Part shown: positions 21,638-32,248 of the stretch, one piece after another
How the letters are laid out: each line of letters starts with the position of its first letter
Position numbering within the stretch: the stretch's first letter is position 1
Source of the DNA: Campylobacter sp.
GTDB taxonomy: Bacteria > Campylobacterota > Campylobacteria > Campylobacterales > Campylobacteraceae
Assembly: GCA_022511325.1 (NCBI GenBank)
Contig: JAFLRU010000001.1
Location: 8 to 64,007, forward strand
Length of the DNA stretch: 64,000 bases
Reading direction: 5' to 3'
The notes under the pieces: model-generated
What the model saw: the letters and a program-made list of their open reading frames with translations, nothing else
Databases searched by the model: none
Told to the model about the DNA's origin: nothing
Made by a program: the position numbers and the translations under genes

Positions 21638-22929
21638 TTTTTACTTTTCCACCTATAAGAATTTACAAGTCCTCTTAAAAACTCATCAGCACAAAAACCA
21701 AGCCAAATTCCTAAAATTCCAAGATTTGCATAAAAACAAAGCACAAAACCTAAAGGTAAAGAAAGCCCTATCATAAAAACCAAACCACTAAAAAATGGAA
21801 ATTTCGCATCTCCACTTGCTCTTAAAGCATTGACTATAACAACATTGAAAGTCCTTGAAATTTCAAGAAAAATTGAAAGAGTAAATAAAGGAATCATCAA
21901 TTTTCTAAGCTCTTCTTCTAAATCAAGAAAATTCATAGTAAAATCTTGCAAAACATAGTTTAGCAAAGCTACAACCGCACTTGCTAAAATACTAAAATAC
22001 AAAGCTTTCCAAGTATGTTTATAAGCCACATTGACATATCTTGCACCTACGAGTTTGCCAATGATTATCTCATTAGCAAGGCTTATTGCTTGTCCTACGA
22101 GCATAATCATTAAAGAAAGTTGAAAATAAATCGTTTGAACACTTAAATTTTCTTTGCCTAAACTTGATACAAAGGCAAAAGCTATGGTATATTGAATAAT
22201 CCAAAGCAAATTCTCTCCTGCTGAAAAGCCACCTACATTTAAAACTTTGCTTAAAACATTTTTTTCAAAGCTAATGAGTTCTTTAAATTTAAGATGAATT
22301 TTAAGTTTGAAAATGAGCAACAAAAACAACAAGACAATCACAACAATGCGTCCTAAAATATTACTTAGACCCACGCCAAAAAGCTCTAATTTTGTAAAAT
22401 GAAGCACATAATAATTAAAAACAAGAATGATAAAATCCATCAAAAAGCCTATAAACATCACCCAATAAGCGTGATTATAAACTCGAATAATCGCAGCTAA
22501 GACAATACCAATGGAATCAAAAAACAAGCAAATTCCTAGCATTTGTAGATAAATCACCCCATCATTGATGAGTTCTGCAGGAATTTTTAAAATCAAAAGC
22601 AATTCTTTTGCAAAAATTATAATCAAAAAACCACTAGCAAAACCTAAAAACGCATTTAAAGACAAACTTTGATGAATAACTTTTTTAGCTAAAACAGCAT
22701 TTTTAGCTCCTATAGCTTGGGAAACAACTACACTACAACCCACACTTAAAAAACAAAAAATCGTAATAAATAAATCAAAAATTTGATTTCCAGCTCCCAT
22801 AGCTCCGACTAAAAAATTAGAATACCCAGAAACCATAGCAGTATTGATGATCAAAGAAAGATATTTTGAAAGTAAATCTGAAAAAATAGGAATACTTAAA
22901 CGCTTTAAAGAAAGCTGTTTATTTGGCAT
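21613..22929 (-). CDS. MATE family efflux transporter
   Basis: About 12 TM segments, SQAIGA and LRASGD motifs. Confidence 0.92.
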   Translation of the reverse strand: MPNKQLSLKRLSIPIFSDLLSKYLSLIINTAMVSGYSNFLVGAMGAGNQIFDLFITIFCFLSVGCSVVVSQAIGAKNAVLAKKVIHQSLSLNAFLGFASGFLIIIFAKELLLILKIPAELINDGVIYLQMLGICLFFDSIGIVLAAIIRVYNHAYWVMFIGFLMDFIILVFNYYVLHFTKLELFGVGLSNILGRIVVIVLLFLLLIFKLKIHLKFKELISFEKNVLSKVLNVGGFSAGENLLWIIQYTIAFAFVSSLGKENLSVQTIYFQLSLMIMLVGQAISLANEIIIGKLVGARYVNVAYKHTWKALYFSILASAVVALLNYVLQDFTMNFLDLEEELRKLMIPLFTLSIFLEISRTFNVVIVNALRASGDAKFPFFSGLVFMIGLSLPLGFVLCFYANLGILGIWLGFCADEFLRGLVNSYRWKSKKWQDKTLV

Positions 22930-22961
22930 TTATCCATACCTTGAAAAGATAAAGATAATTT

Positions 22962-23921
22962 TTAATCTTTATCTTTAAAATTCAAAGCGATTTTAGCTTG
23001 AAGTTTAAGCCAATCCTTTTGAAGCATAATAGGAAAACCTCCATAAACTCTCCCACCTTCCAAATTCTTGCTCACTCCACCTCTTGCAGCAATGGTGCTA
23101 AAATCTCCTATCTTTAAATGTCCGCTTGTAGCACTTTGCCCACCCATCACGACACTACGTCCTAATTCGCTTGAACCTGAAATTCCTGTTTGAGCAATGA
23201 TAATACAATTTTGTCCTATATTGCAGTTATGTCCCACTTGAACAAGATTGTCAATTTTAGTGCCTGCTTTAATAATGGTGCTATCAAAAACAGCTCTATC
23301 AATAGTCGTGCAAGCTCCAATTTCAACATAATCTTCTAAAATCACATTACCATTGTGATAAATTTTATAATGCTCTCCGTTTTTATTGTGCGCATAACCA
23401 AAACCATCACTCCCAATCACACAATTTGCAAGCAAATGGCATTTTTTACCAATCTTGCTATCATTATAAATCACAACATTAGGATGGATGATACTCTCAT
23501 CACCAATGCTTACATTATCACCTATATATGCTCCTGCCATAATCACAACATTTTCACCAATGCTTACATTATTGCCTATATAAACATTTGGCATAATTCT
23601 TGCACTTTTAGCAATATTTTGAATTTTTTGCCTTGAATTTGAAAACAAAGGTTTTGCAAAAAGTTTGCTAAGATACGCAAAACTAAGGTGTGGATTAGGA
23701 GTGATTAAAATCTTTGTATCTTTAGGAACTAAATTTTCATATTTTTTATCGATTAAAATCGCTCCTGCACCAGTATTTGAAACATCTTTAATGTTCTTTT
23801 CACCATCACAATAAGTAAGTTCTGTAAAATTCGCCCTAAGCAAGGAATTTAATGCACTAATCTCTAAATCTTCACCCTCATAATCCAAACTTAAAAATTC
23901 CGCAATCTCATAAAGTCTCAT
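22962..23921 (-). CDS. lpxD: UDP-3-O-(3-hydroxymyristoyl)glucosamine N-acyltransferase
   Basis: Hexapeptide repeats, IGSDGFGY, TTIDR, KIDNLVQVGHN. Confidence 0.97.
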   Translation of the reverse strand: MRLYEIAEFLSLDYEGEDLEISALNSLLRANFTELTYCDGEKNIKDVSNTGAGAILIDKKYENLVPKDTKILITPNPHLSFAYLSKLFAKPLFSNSRQKIQNIAKSARIMPNVYIGNNVSIGENVVIMAGAYIGDNVSIGDESIIHPNVVIYNDSKIGKKCHLLANCVIGSDGFGYAHNKNGEHYKIYHNGNVILEDYVEIGACTTIDRAVFDSTIIKAGTKIDNLVQVGHNCNIGQNCIIIAQTGISGSSELGRSVVMGGQSATSGHLKIGDFSTIAARGGVSKNLEGGRVYGGFPIMLQKDWLKLQAKIALNFKDKD

Positions 23922-24382
23922 TTAATCTCCATTAAAACCGAACCGCTACGAACTATATCGCTAGGGCTGTATTTTTTAATTGTCTTTAGAAAATTATCAA
24001 TACGATTTGCATCGTCAGCAACCATTAAAAATAAAAATTTCTCATTGCTATTTGCAATTGTGCCATTATAAGCCTTTAAAACCGCATCAAGTCCGCCTAA
24101 ATTTTCACTAAGAGGAATTTTAACTAAAGCCATTTCTTTCTCTATAAATTCTTCACTTTCTATGACTTTGTAAGTTGGAATAAGCTTATGAAGCTGTTTT
24201 ACAATCTGTTCAAAAACCCTTTCATCTCCTGAAGTTACAATATTAACTCTAGAAAATTCTCCATCAACCAAAGGTGCAACAGTAAGCGAATCAATATTAT
24301 AACCTCTACCTGAAAAAAGCCCTACAATACGCGATAAAACGCCATGTTCATTTAAAACAATGACCGATAAAACTCTTCTCAT
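23918..24382 (-). CDS. ilvH: Acetolactate synthase small subunit
   Basis: ACT domain GVLSRIVGLFSGRGYNIDSL. Confidence 0.95.
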   Translation of the reverse strand: MRRVLSVIVLNEHGVLSRIVGLFSGRGYNIDSLTVAPLVDGEFSRVNIVTSGDERVFEQIVKQLHKLIPTYKVIESEEFIEKEMALVKIPLSENLGGLDAVLKAYNGTIANSNEKFLFLMVADDANRIDNFLKTIKKYSPSDIVRSGSVLMEIK

Positions 24383-26079
24383 TTTTTATCCTTTAACTTT
24401 GGCAAAACCATATTGTAAATCGCCGCTCCTGCTGGAACCATAGGCAAAACATCTTCAAAACGATCAATTGCTACATTTAAAAATGTACTTTTATCGCTTT
24501 TCAAAGCTTCTTTAAAAGCTTTTGTAAATTCTTTTTTGGTATGGATATTATAACCCTTAGAGCCAAAACCTTCAGCAATTTTTATAAAATCAGGTTGCAA
24601 ACTTAAATCCGTTTGCGAAAAATGTTCATTATAAAACATACTTTGCCATTGACGCACCATACCTAAAAAGGCATTGTTTAAAACAATATTAATGATTTTA
24701 ATGCCATATTCATAAGCAGTCATTAGTTCTTGAATATTCATCAAAATTCCACCATCTCCTGCAAAATTAATTACTACTTCTTCTTTTACAGCTAATTTTG
24801 CTCCTAAAGCAGCAGGCAAAGAATAACCCATAGCCCCTTGTCCTCCACTCGTTGCCAATTGTCTTGGGTAATTAAAAGGATAAAATTGTGCCACCCACAT
24901 TTGGTGCTGCCCCACATCAGTAATAATTCTCGCATCTGGAGCAAGTTTAGCACACTCTTCAATCACCCATTGAGGCTTTAAAACTTTATCACTATCCTCA
25001 TAAACTAAAGGGTAAATGCTATCATATCGTTTTAAAACACCAAGCCACTCTTTAGTTTTAGGAATGAATTTTTCTTTTTTAAGCTCATTTAAAAGCTCAT
25101 TCACAACCTGTTTAACATCACCAACCACTGGAAAATGAGCATTAATAATTTTCGAAATGGAACTTGGGTCTATATCGATATGAACGATTTTAGCGTGTTT
25201 AGCAAATTCACTTGTTTTTCCTGTGATTCTATCATCAAATCTCGCTCCAACAGCCACAAGCAAATCACACTCACTTAAAGCCATATTTGCAGCGTAACAT
25301 CCGTGCATTCCTGCCATTTTAAGATTGAGTTTATCATCGCTTCTTAAAGTGCCTAAAGCCATTAAAGTCTCAACTGCTGGAATCTGCGTAAGTTTAACAA
25401 GCTCTCTAATAGACTCACTTGCATTTGAAGCAATGCAACCTCCACCTAGATAAAACAAAGGTCTTTTGGCTTCTTTTAAAAGCTCAGCAAGCTTTTTAAT
25501 CTGTTTTGCATTTCCTTTATAAGTGGGTTTATAGGTTTTCATAACAAGTTCTTTTGGGTAATCAAAATTTCCTAAAATCGCACTCACATCTTTAGGAATA
25601 TCAATATGCACAGGTCCTTTTCTACCGCTTCTTGCAAGATAAAAAGCTTCTTTGAGTATTCTAGGAAGCTCCTCAATATGAGTTACTAAGTAATTGTGTT
25701 TCACACAAGGTCGTGAAATTCCTACTGCATCAATTTCTTGGAAAGCATCTGTGCCAATAAGAGAATTTGCAACCTGCCCAGAAATTAAAACAAGAGGAAT
25801 AGAATCACTATAAGCTGTAGCAAGTCCAGTAATAGTATTTGTAAAACCCGGACCGCTTGTAACAATAGCTACTCCCACTTCACCACTCATTCTTGCATAA
25901 GCATCAGCAGCGTGTAAAGCTGCTTGTTCATGTCTGACTAAGATATGTTTGAAATAATCTTGCTTGTAAATTTCATCATAAATATTTAAAGCTGCACCCC
26001 CGGGATAGCCAAAAACAACACTGACTTTCTCCTCTTTTAAAGCTTCGCATATCATTTTTGAACCGCTCATTTGTTTCAT
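24379..26079 (-). CDS. ilvI: Acetolactate synthase large subunit
   Basis: FGYPGGA, RHEQ, TSGPG, DAFQE, GDG TPP-binding motif, GMVRQWQ. Confidence 0.95.
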   Translation of the reverse strand: MKQMSGSKMICEALKEEKVSVVFGYPGGAALNIYDEIYKQDYFKHILVRHEQAALHAADAYARMSGEVGVAIVTSGPGFTNTITGLATAYSDSIPLVLISGQVANSLIGTDAFQEIDAVGISRPCVKHNYLVTHIEELPRILKEAFYLARSGRKGPVHIDIPKDVSAILGNFDYPKELVMKTYKPTYKGNAKQIKKLAELLKEAKRPLFYLGGGCIASNASESIRELVKLTQIPAVETLMALGTLRSDDKLNLKMAGMHGCYAANMALSECDLLVAVGARFDDRITGKTSEFAKHAKIVHIDIDPSSISKIINAHFPVVGDVKQVVNELLNELKKEKFIPKTKEWLGVLKRYDSIYPLVYEDSDKVLKPQWVIEECAKLAPDARIITDVGQHQMWVAQFYPFNYPRQLATSGGQGAMGYSLPAALGAKLAVKEEVVINFAGDGGILMNIQELMTAYEYGIKIINIVLNNAFLGMVRQWQSMFYNEHFSQTDLSLQPDFIKIAEGFGSKGYNIHTKKEFTKAFKEALKSDKSTFLNVAIDRFEDVLPMVPAGAAIYNMVLPKLKDKK

Positions 26080-26108
26080 TATTTTTCCTTAAAAATACAG
26101 ATTAAAAA

Positions 26109-26114
26109 ATTATA
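26109..26114 (-). promoter_or_regulatory. -10 box of ilvI-ilvH-lpxD
   Basis: TATAAT about 30 nt upstream of the ATG; AAGGA RBS. Confidence 0.55.
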
Positions 26115-26187
26115 ACGATTTTTTTGAATTTTTTACATCAAATTTCATAAAAATTCTAAAAAGCATTTATTTTTTGGAATTTTTATT

Positions 26188-27567
26188 TTAACCTTCAAAT
26201 TCTTGCACCTCAAAATTTGGCTTATCCGTAAATTTTGATTCTTCTTTTAAAAAAAGCACCTCTATGGTTCCTACTGGACCATTACGATTTTTACCCACTA
26301 TAATTTCAGCTTTTTCTTGCTTAGGATTAGGGATAAAAATCCTTTGATAAGCTTTATTTTCAGCCTTTGCCTTATTCTCTCGCTCTTTTTCCTCCTGCTC
26401 ACGATAAACTTCATCACGATATACAAATAAAATCGTATCTGCATCTTGTTCTATCGCTCCACTTTCACGCAAATCACTAAGCATTGGACGTTTATTAGAA
26501 CGGCTTTCTAAAGAACGATTAAGCTGTGAAAGTGCTATAATAGGCATATTTAATTCTCTAGCCAAAAGTTTTAATCCGCGAGAAATTTCACTCACTTGCA
26601 AATGTCTGTCTGAAAATGCGGAATTACTCATCATAAGTCCGATATAATCAATCACACAAAGCTCTATATTTTCTTCACTTGATTTAAGTCTTCTTAAAAT
26701 CGAACGCACCTCATTAATGCTTGCATAACCACTATCATAAATAAAAAGATTTTTCTTGCTTAATTCATTGCACGCATCACCAATTCTCTCCCATTCATCA
26801 TCATTTAAATCCCCTATAAGCACCTTTTGCAAAGGAATGGAAGTTTTGGCTGCAAGCATTCTTTGCAAAATTTGAGTTGCAGGCATTTCAAGTGAAAACA
26901 TCACAACTCCTTTATCTTGCTTTAAAACTTTTTCAATGAAATTTAAACACAAAGTCGTCTTACCCATACCTGGCCTAGCTGCAATAATGACAAGCTCACC
27001 ATCTTTAAAACCCTTAGTTAAAAAATTAAGTTCCTTAAACCCCGTATCAAGCCCTATAATGCCTTTATTATTTCCAGCTTCGCTTTTAAATTTCTCAAAA
27101 TTTTCCAAAAGTTCATTTAAAACAATTTCTATACTCTTAATATCCTTTGAATTTGCTCTATTGCTTAGCTCAAAAAGCTCTTTTGAAATTTCATCAGTAA
27201 TTTCATTGACAGAACGATTTTCATTGATTTTACTTGGCAAAAGCTGTGCAAGACTTAAAAGCTGCCTTTTGACAGATTTTTCTCTAAGCTCCTTAGCATA
27301 AGCAATCAAATCTACAACAGAAGGCGTCGCAATAATTTCATTTAAAACCTGCTCATCAAGTTCTTTGTGTTTTTTCAAAAAACTTACACTAATAGGCTCT
27401 GCAGCATTAACACAAGCAATAATAGCTTTAAAAATTTCTTGATGAGCTTTAAGAGAAAAATCATTAACCTCAATATCTGAAGCTATGCTCGAATACGCTT
27501 CTTCACTATACAAACAAGCATTTAAAATAGCTCTTTCAAGGTCTAAGTCAAAATGTTCTTTTTGCAT
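26188..27567 (-). CDS. dnaB: Replicative DNA helicase
   Basis: AARPGMGKT, FSLEM, IDYIGL, LSQLNR, DLRESGAIEQDAD, KNRNGP. Confidence 0.98.
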   Translation of the reverse strand: MQKEHFDLDLERAILNACLYSEEAYSSIASDIEVNDFSLKAHQEIFKAIIACVNAAEPISVSFLKKHKELDEQVLNEIIATPSVVDLIAYAKELREKSVKRQLLSLAQLLPSKINENRSVNEITDEISKELFELSNRANSKDIKSIEIVLNELLENFEKFKSEAGNNKGIIGLDTGFKELNFLTKGFKDGELVIIAARPGMGKTTLCLNFIEKVLKQDKGVVMFSLEMPATQILQRMLAAKTSIPLQKVLIGDLNDDEWERIGDACNELSKKNLFIYDSGYASINEVRSILRRLKSSEENIELCVIDYIGLMMSNSAFSDRHLQVSEISRGLKLLARELNMPIIALSQLNRSLESRSNKRPMLSDLRESGAIEQDADTILFVYRDEVYREQEEKERENKAKAENKAYQRIFIPNPKQEKAEIIVGKNRNGPVGTIEVLFLKEESKFTDKPNFEVQEFEG

Positions 27568-27637
27568 TTTTTGCTTTCACTAAAATTTATTTTTGCTTTG
27601 CTGAAATTTTTATGGTAGCTAAATTTCAATATTTATA

Positions 27638-27646
27638 ATTTTATCA
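27638..27646 (-). promoter_or_regulatory. Extended -10 promoter of dnaB
   Basis: Minus strand TGATAAAAT about 70 nt upstream of the ATG. Confidence 0.5.
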
Positions 27647-27867
27647 AATCAAGGCTTAAAAATTAATGCATTAAAATACATTGTGTTTTATAGACTAAAA
27701 ATTAAACTTAAATGCTTAACGTACATTATTAAGTAATCATTTCATTAAAATTTTTCTTAAAACTTATTCTTTATGAATAAAATTCTAAAACAATATAAAT
27801 ATATCTAAGAAAGTTTTAAACAATGACAAATAATAAAGCGCTTAATTTTGCCTTAATTTTAAAAAAT

Positions 27868-29064
27868 CTAAAGCAATTTTTTAAAATCTTCTAAGGCATT
27901 AAGCTGTTCCCAAGGATAATCTTTTTGTCCAACTTGTCCGCGTGCAGCTACATCAGCATATAAAAAAGTATCTTTACTTGGTTTATCAAGTTTAAATTTA
28001 TCACGTATCCAATTTGGAGTTAAAGCATAATTTTGCATCACGAAATCACTCAAAGCCTCATCACTTAACTTAGTATTTGTTCCCATACAATCAACACTCA
28101 CAGAAGTTGGCTTGGCTACTCCAATTGCATAAGAAAGCTGAACTATACATTTTTTAGCAAGTTTTGCAGCAACAATGTTCTTTGCAAGCCATCTAGCAGC
28201 ATAAAGTCCGCTTCTATCAACTTTAGTATAATCTTTACTTGATTGTGCCCCACCTCCAATAGGAGAATACCCACCAAAACTATCTACAATAAGCTTTCTT
28301 CCAGTTAAACCACTATCGTGCAAAGAGCTGTGATTAACATATTTTCCTGTTGGATTGATAAGAATTCTTGTTTTTTCAGGGTTAAACAACTCCTTAGGAA
28401 GATTTGTTTCTAAAATCAATTTTTTTATAAGTTTTCTTACATCTTCTATATCCATACTTTCAACACAAGGAGCAGAAACTACTATGGTATGAATACTTTG
28501 AGGTTTGCAATTTTCAAAATTACTTTTTGTTCCATAATCAATCGTTACTTGAGTTTTAATATCCACACCAAGTTCATTTGGGTGAGCCTTGGCATAAGCA
28601 TAAACCTTATCACAAAGCATTCTCGCATAAGAAATTGCTGCAGGCATATATTCAGCACTTTCATCACTTGCAAAACCAAACATAATACCTTGATCTCCTG
28701 CTCCAATCTCTCCACTTTCTTGATCCACGCCTTGATTAATATCAGGGCTTTGCTCATTTAAAAACACCAAAACTTCGATTTCATCAGGATGCAAGCATTG
28801 TTTTTTAGTAAAATGCCCTGCCCCATCATAACCTATATTTTTCAAAACATCTTTGACTAAATTGTCATAATCAGCTTTAGATAATTTGTGCTTAGATTTT
28901 ACTTCTCCTCCAATCACAACTTTATTTCCTGCGACAAAAACCTCACTCGCCACCCTTGAATTTTTGTCATTTTTCAAGAGTATATCCACTATCGTATCAG
29001 CGATTATATCAGCACACTTGTCAGGATGACCCGGGCTTACGACTTCTGAAGTGAATAGATACAT
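27868..29064 (-). CDS. metK: S-adenosylmethionine synthetase
   Basis: FTSEVVSPGHPDK, GAGDQG, GLTGRK, GGGAQSSKD. Confidence 0.98.
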   Translation of the reverse strand: MYLFTSEVVSPGHPDKCADIIADTIVDILLKNDKNSRVASEVFVAGNKVVIGGEVKSKHKLSKADYDNLVKDVLKNIGYDGAGHFTKKQCLHPDEIEVLVFLNEQSPDINQGVDQESGEIGAGDQGIMFGFASDESAEYMPAAISYARMLCDKVYAYAKAHPNELGVDIKTQVTIDYGTKSNFENCKPQSIHTIVVSAPCVESMDIEDVRKLIKKLILETNLPKELFNPEKTRILINPTGKYVNHSSLHDSGLTGRKLIVDSFGGYSPIGGGAQSSKDYTKVDRSGLYAARWLAKNIVAAKLAKKCIVQLSYAIGVAKPTSVSVDCMGTNTKLSDEALSDFVMQNYALTPNWIRDKFKLDKPSKDTFLYADVAARGQVGQKDYPWEQLNALEDFKKLL

Positions 29065-29099
29065 AAAAGTCCTTTCATAAAAATTTAAAAAAGATTAGG

Positions 29100-29170
29100 A
29101 TTATAGCTTAATTTTCTTAATTTTAAAATTAAAATAAATTCATAAAAATTAAGCTTAACTTCGCTAAAAT
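29100..29170. promoter_or_regulatory. Divergent -10 boxes for metK (minus TATAAT, 29100-29105) and pyrB (plus TAAAAT, 29165-29170)
   Basis: Each box lies 27-35 nt from its start codon. Confidence 0.55.
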
Positions 29171-29197
29171 AGGCAAATAAATTTCAAATGGGGCACA

Positions 29198-30079
29198 ATG
29201 AAACACCTTATCACAACCAAAGATTTCAGCAAAGATGAAATCTTAGAACTTTTTGATAATGCTAAAGAATTTTTAGATGAAAAACCAAGAACCTTACTTG
29301 AAGGTAAAAGTGTTACAACTATATTTTTTGAAAACTCAACCCGCACTCTTTCATCTTTTGAAAGTGCAGCTCAAAGACTTGGAGCAAAAGTTTTAAGACT
29401 TGATGTTTCAAAAAGTAGTTTAAGAAAAGGTGAAACACTTTATGATACAGCTATGATTTTAGATTCTATGAGTCCTAATGCCATTGTTGTAAGACATTCT
29501 AATTCTGGTGTGCCTCATATGTTGGCTAAACATATGCATTGTCCAGTTTTAAACGGAGGAGATGGAAAACACGCTCACCCTACTCAAGCTTTACTTGATC
29601 TTTTTACGATTTGGACTCATTTTAAAACTAAAGTTAAGGATAAAAAAATTCTCATTGTTGGAGATATTAAAAATTCTCGCGTCGCAGCTTCAAATATAGA
29701 ACTTTTAAGCCGTTTTGGTCTTGAAATTATTTTAGTAGCTCCTCCTCATTTTATGCCTGATTCAAAACTAGAAAAATCTTATAAACTAAGCGATGAACTT
29801 GTTGGTAAAGCTGATATTATTATGAGTTTAAGAACGCAAAGTGAAAGACATCAAAAGCTAATTTATGCTTCTTTAAAGGACTATGCGAACGATTTTTGTA
29901 TCAGCAAAACTTTAATAAAAGATAAAAAACTCGTTTTAATGCACCCAGGACCTGTCAATCGCAATATAGACATCAGTGATGAAATGATGAATGATAAAAG
30001 AACTTTAGTTTTAAGACAGGTCAAAAACGGAGTTGCCATTAGAATGGCTGTTTTAAAAAAACTTATCCTAGAAAATTAA
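29198..30079 (+). CDS. pyrB: Aspartate carbamoyltransferase catalytic subunit
   Basis: [21 protein letters not shown]. Confidence 0.98.
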   Translation: MKHLITTKDFSKDEILELFDNAKEFLDEKPRTLLEGKSVTTIFFENSTRTLSSFESAAQRLGAKVLRLDVSKSSLRKGETLYDTAMILDSMSPNAIVVRHSNSGVPHMLAKHMHCPVLNGGDGKHAHPTQALLDLFTIWTHFKTKVKDKKILIVGDIKNSRVAASNIELLSRFGLEIILVAPPHFMPDSKLEKSYKLSDELVGKADIIMSLRTQSERHQKLIYASLKDYANDFCISKTLIKDKKLVLMHPGPVNRNIDISDEMMNDKRTLVLRQVKNGVAIRMAVLKKLILEN

Positions 30080-30089
30080 GGAGAAAACA

Positions 30090-31811
30090 ATGTTAGAATG
30101 GGATTTAAGCATTTTATTTAAAGATGAAAAAACCTTGCAAAATTACATAAAAAAGCACAAAGAAGATTCTTTATTGTTTAAACAAAAATTTGAAAATCAA
30201 CTTTGCAATTTAAACGCAAATAATTTTTTAAAAGCTCTTAAAGAATTCGAACAAATCAATTTAGCTGTAAGCAAAATCTTAACTTATGCATATTTAATCT
30301 TTGCTAAAGATACAAGTTGTGGAAGAATTTACGCTAAGTATGAAGAAGAATGCAAAGAAATCGAAGAAAATTTGCTCTTTTTTGAACTAGAATTTTGCAC
30401 CTTAGATGAAACTAAGGCTATTGAATTTAAGGATTTTTGTCAAGGATATGAGCTTTATTTACAAAACTTGCTCAAACACAAAAAACATCAATTAAGCAAA
30501 GCAGAAGAAAGAATAATCCTCTATCTTTCAAACACGGGTTCTAACGCTTTTTCAAGACTTTTTGATGAAAGTATGAGTGCTTTAAAAATTCCTTTTGAAG
30601 GAAAAAAATTAAGTGAAGAAGAAATTTTAAGCAAACTTTACGATAGCAACCGAGAAATTCGCAAAAAAGCTGCTAAAAATTTTACCAAAGCCCTAGAAAA
30701 AAATTCTAATCTCTTAACTTTTATTTTAAATATGATTAAAACGGAAAGAAAAAATATTTGTCTTTTAAGAAATTACGAAAACGCTGAAATTTCAAGACAT
30801 CTTAGCAATCAAATTTCTCAAAAAAGCGTTGATGCACTCATCAATACTACGCAAAAACATTTTAACTTGGTGGAAAAATTCTACAAAAGAAAAAAACAAA
30901 TTCTAGGTTTTAGCAAGCTCAAAGATTATGATAGATATGCACCTATTGGTAAAGAAAAGAAATTTAGCTTTGAACAAAGTAAAGAGATTATCTTAAAAAG
31001 CTTTAAGGCTTTTTCTCCTGAATTTGAAAAAATCGCAAAAGAAGCCTTTGAAGAAGGCTGGATTGATGTGTATCCAAAGGACAAAAAACAAGGCGGGGCT
31101 TTCTCACACCCAGCAACACCTGATACCCACCCTTTTATTTTGCTTAATTTCACTGAACAAAGACGCGACCTTTTCACTTTAGCACACGAATTAGGACATA
31201 CTATACATCAAAAACTTTCTTATAGTGTTAGTTTTTTAAATCAAGATACACCTTTAACTACAGCTGAAATGGCTTCTGTGTTTGCAGAAATGCTGGTGTT
31301 TGATTATATTAAAACAAAACTCAAAAAAGATGAGCTTATCGCTCTTTATGCAGCAAAAATTGAAGATATTTTTGCAACTCTTTACAGACAAATTAATTTT
31401 ACTTGTTTTGAAAGACGCATTCACGCTTACAAAGACGAACTTAGCAAAGAACAAATCAATCAAATTTGGATAGAAGAATCCCAAAAAATGTTTAAAAGCA
31501 GTGTGCATTTAAGCAAAAACTATGCTTTATGGTGGTCTTATATTCCGCATTTTATCCACTCTCCTTTTTATTGTTATGCTTATGCTTTTGCACAACTTTT
31601 AGTTCTTGCTCTTTATGGACTTTATAAGAGTAAAAAATGTGAAAATTTCAAAGAACTTTATATCAAAATGCTTTCTTCTGGAGGAAGTGTAAGTCCAAAA
31701 GACTTGATTTCAATGTTTGGTTTTGATTATGAGGATAAGAATTTTTGGGAAATTGGTATTAAAGAAATTGAAAAACTTGTCGATGAGTTTTGTTCTAAGG
31801 AGAAAAAATAA
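30090..31811 (+). CDS. pepF: M3 family oligoendopeptidase F
   Basis: WDLS start, GGAFS, LAHELGH (HExxH), AEMAS, IPHF, FYCYAY. Confidence 0.93.
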   Translation: MLEWDLSILFKDEKTLQNYIKKHKEDSLLFKQKFENQLCNLNANNFLKALKEFEQINLAVSKILTYAYLIFAKDTSCGRIYAKYEEECKEIEENLLFFELEFCTLDETKAIEFKDFCQGYELYLQNLLKHKKHQLSKAEERIILYLSNTGSNAFSRLFDESMSALKIPFEGKKLSEEEILSKLYDSNREIRKKAAKNFTKALEKNSNLLTFILNMIKTERKNICLLRNYENAEISRHLSNQISQKSVDALINTTQKHFNLVEKFYKRKKQILGFSKLKDYDRYAPIGKEKKFSFEQSKEIILKSFKAFSPEFEKIAKEAFEEGWIDVYPKDKKQGGAFSHPATPDTHPFILLNFTEQRRDLFTLAHELGHTIHQKLSYSVSFLNQDTPLTTAEMASVFAEMLVFDYIKTKLKKDELIALYAAKIEDIFATLYRQINFTCFERRIHAYKDELSKEQINQIWIEESQKMFKSSVHLSKNYALWWSYIPHFIHSPFYCYAYAFAQLLVLALYGLYKSKKCENFKELYIKMLSSGGSVSPKDLISMFGFDYEDKNFWEIGIKEIEKLVDEFCSKEKK

Positions 31812-32248
31812 TGAACGAAATTTTAGAAGATGAAAATTTTATTAAACTTATGCAAAGGCATTGTTTGAGTGTGCTTGAAATATTAATGGATAAAAACATT
31901 CCTTTTTCTATAGTTGTCAATACTGAATTTGTTGATTTTGACCCAATTTTACCTGAAAATTTAGATGTGAAAAAAAACCCTTATGCGGTTTTTGCCTTAG
32001 CAGGTTATACTTTTGAATCCATAAAACTTGACACAGAAAAAATCAATTTTCACGCAGGTTTTGGACCTGATGATTTTGCAACTTTTGTGAGCGTAGATCT
32101 TGGAGCCATTACTCAAATTCAAGTTGAAAACAATATTTTATTTGTTAATTTTAGTCTTTATAAACGCAAAAAAAATGAAAATTTGACTCAAAATTCTATG
32201 AATCTTTTTCTTAATAATCCTAAAAACAAAAAGCTTTTGAAAAAATGA
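31811..32248 (+). CDS. Conserved hypothetical protein (Cj1100-like)
   Basis: Translationally coupled between pepF and the helicase; LAGYTFES and NNPKN motifs. Confidence 0.75.
   Translation: MNEILEDENFIKLMQRHCLSVLEILMDKNIPFSIVVNTEFVDFDPILPENLDVKKNPYAVFALAGYTFESIKLDTEKINFHAGFGPDDFATFVSVDLGAITQIQVENNILFVNFSLYKRKKNENLTQNSMNLFLNNPKNKKLLKK

Noticed and set aside
26310-26410. Charged insertion near the DnaB C-terminus
   Set aside because: Matches the helical insertion already known in Helicobacter and Campylobacter DnaB; no intein motifs
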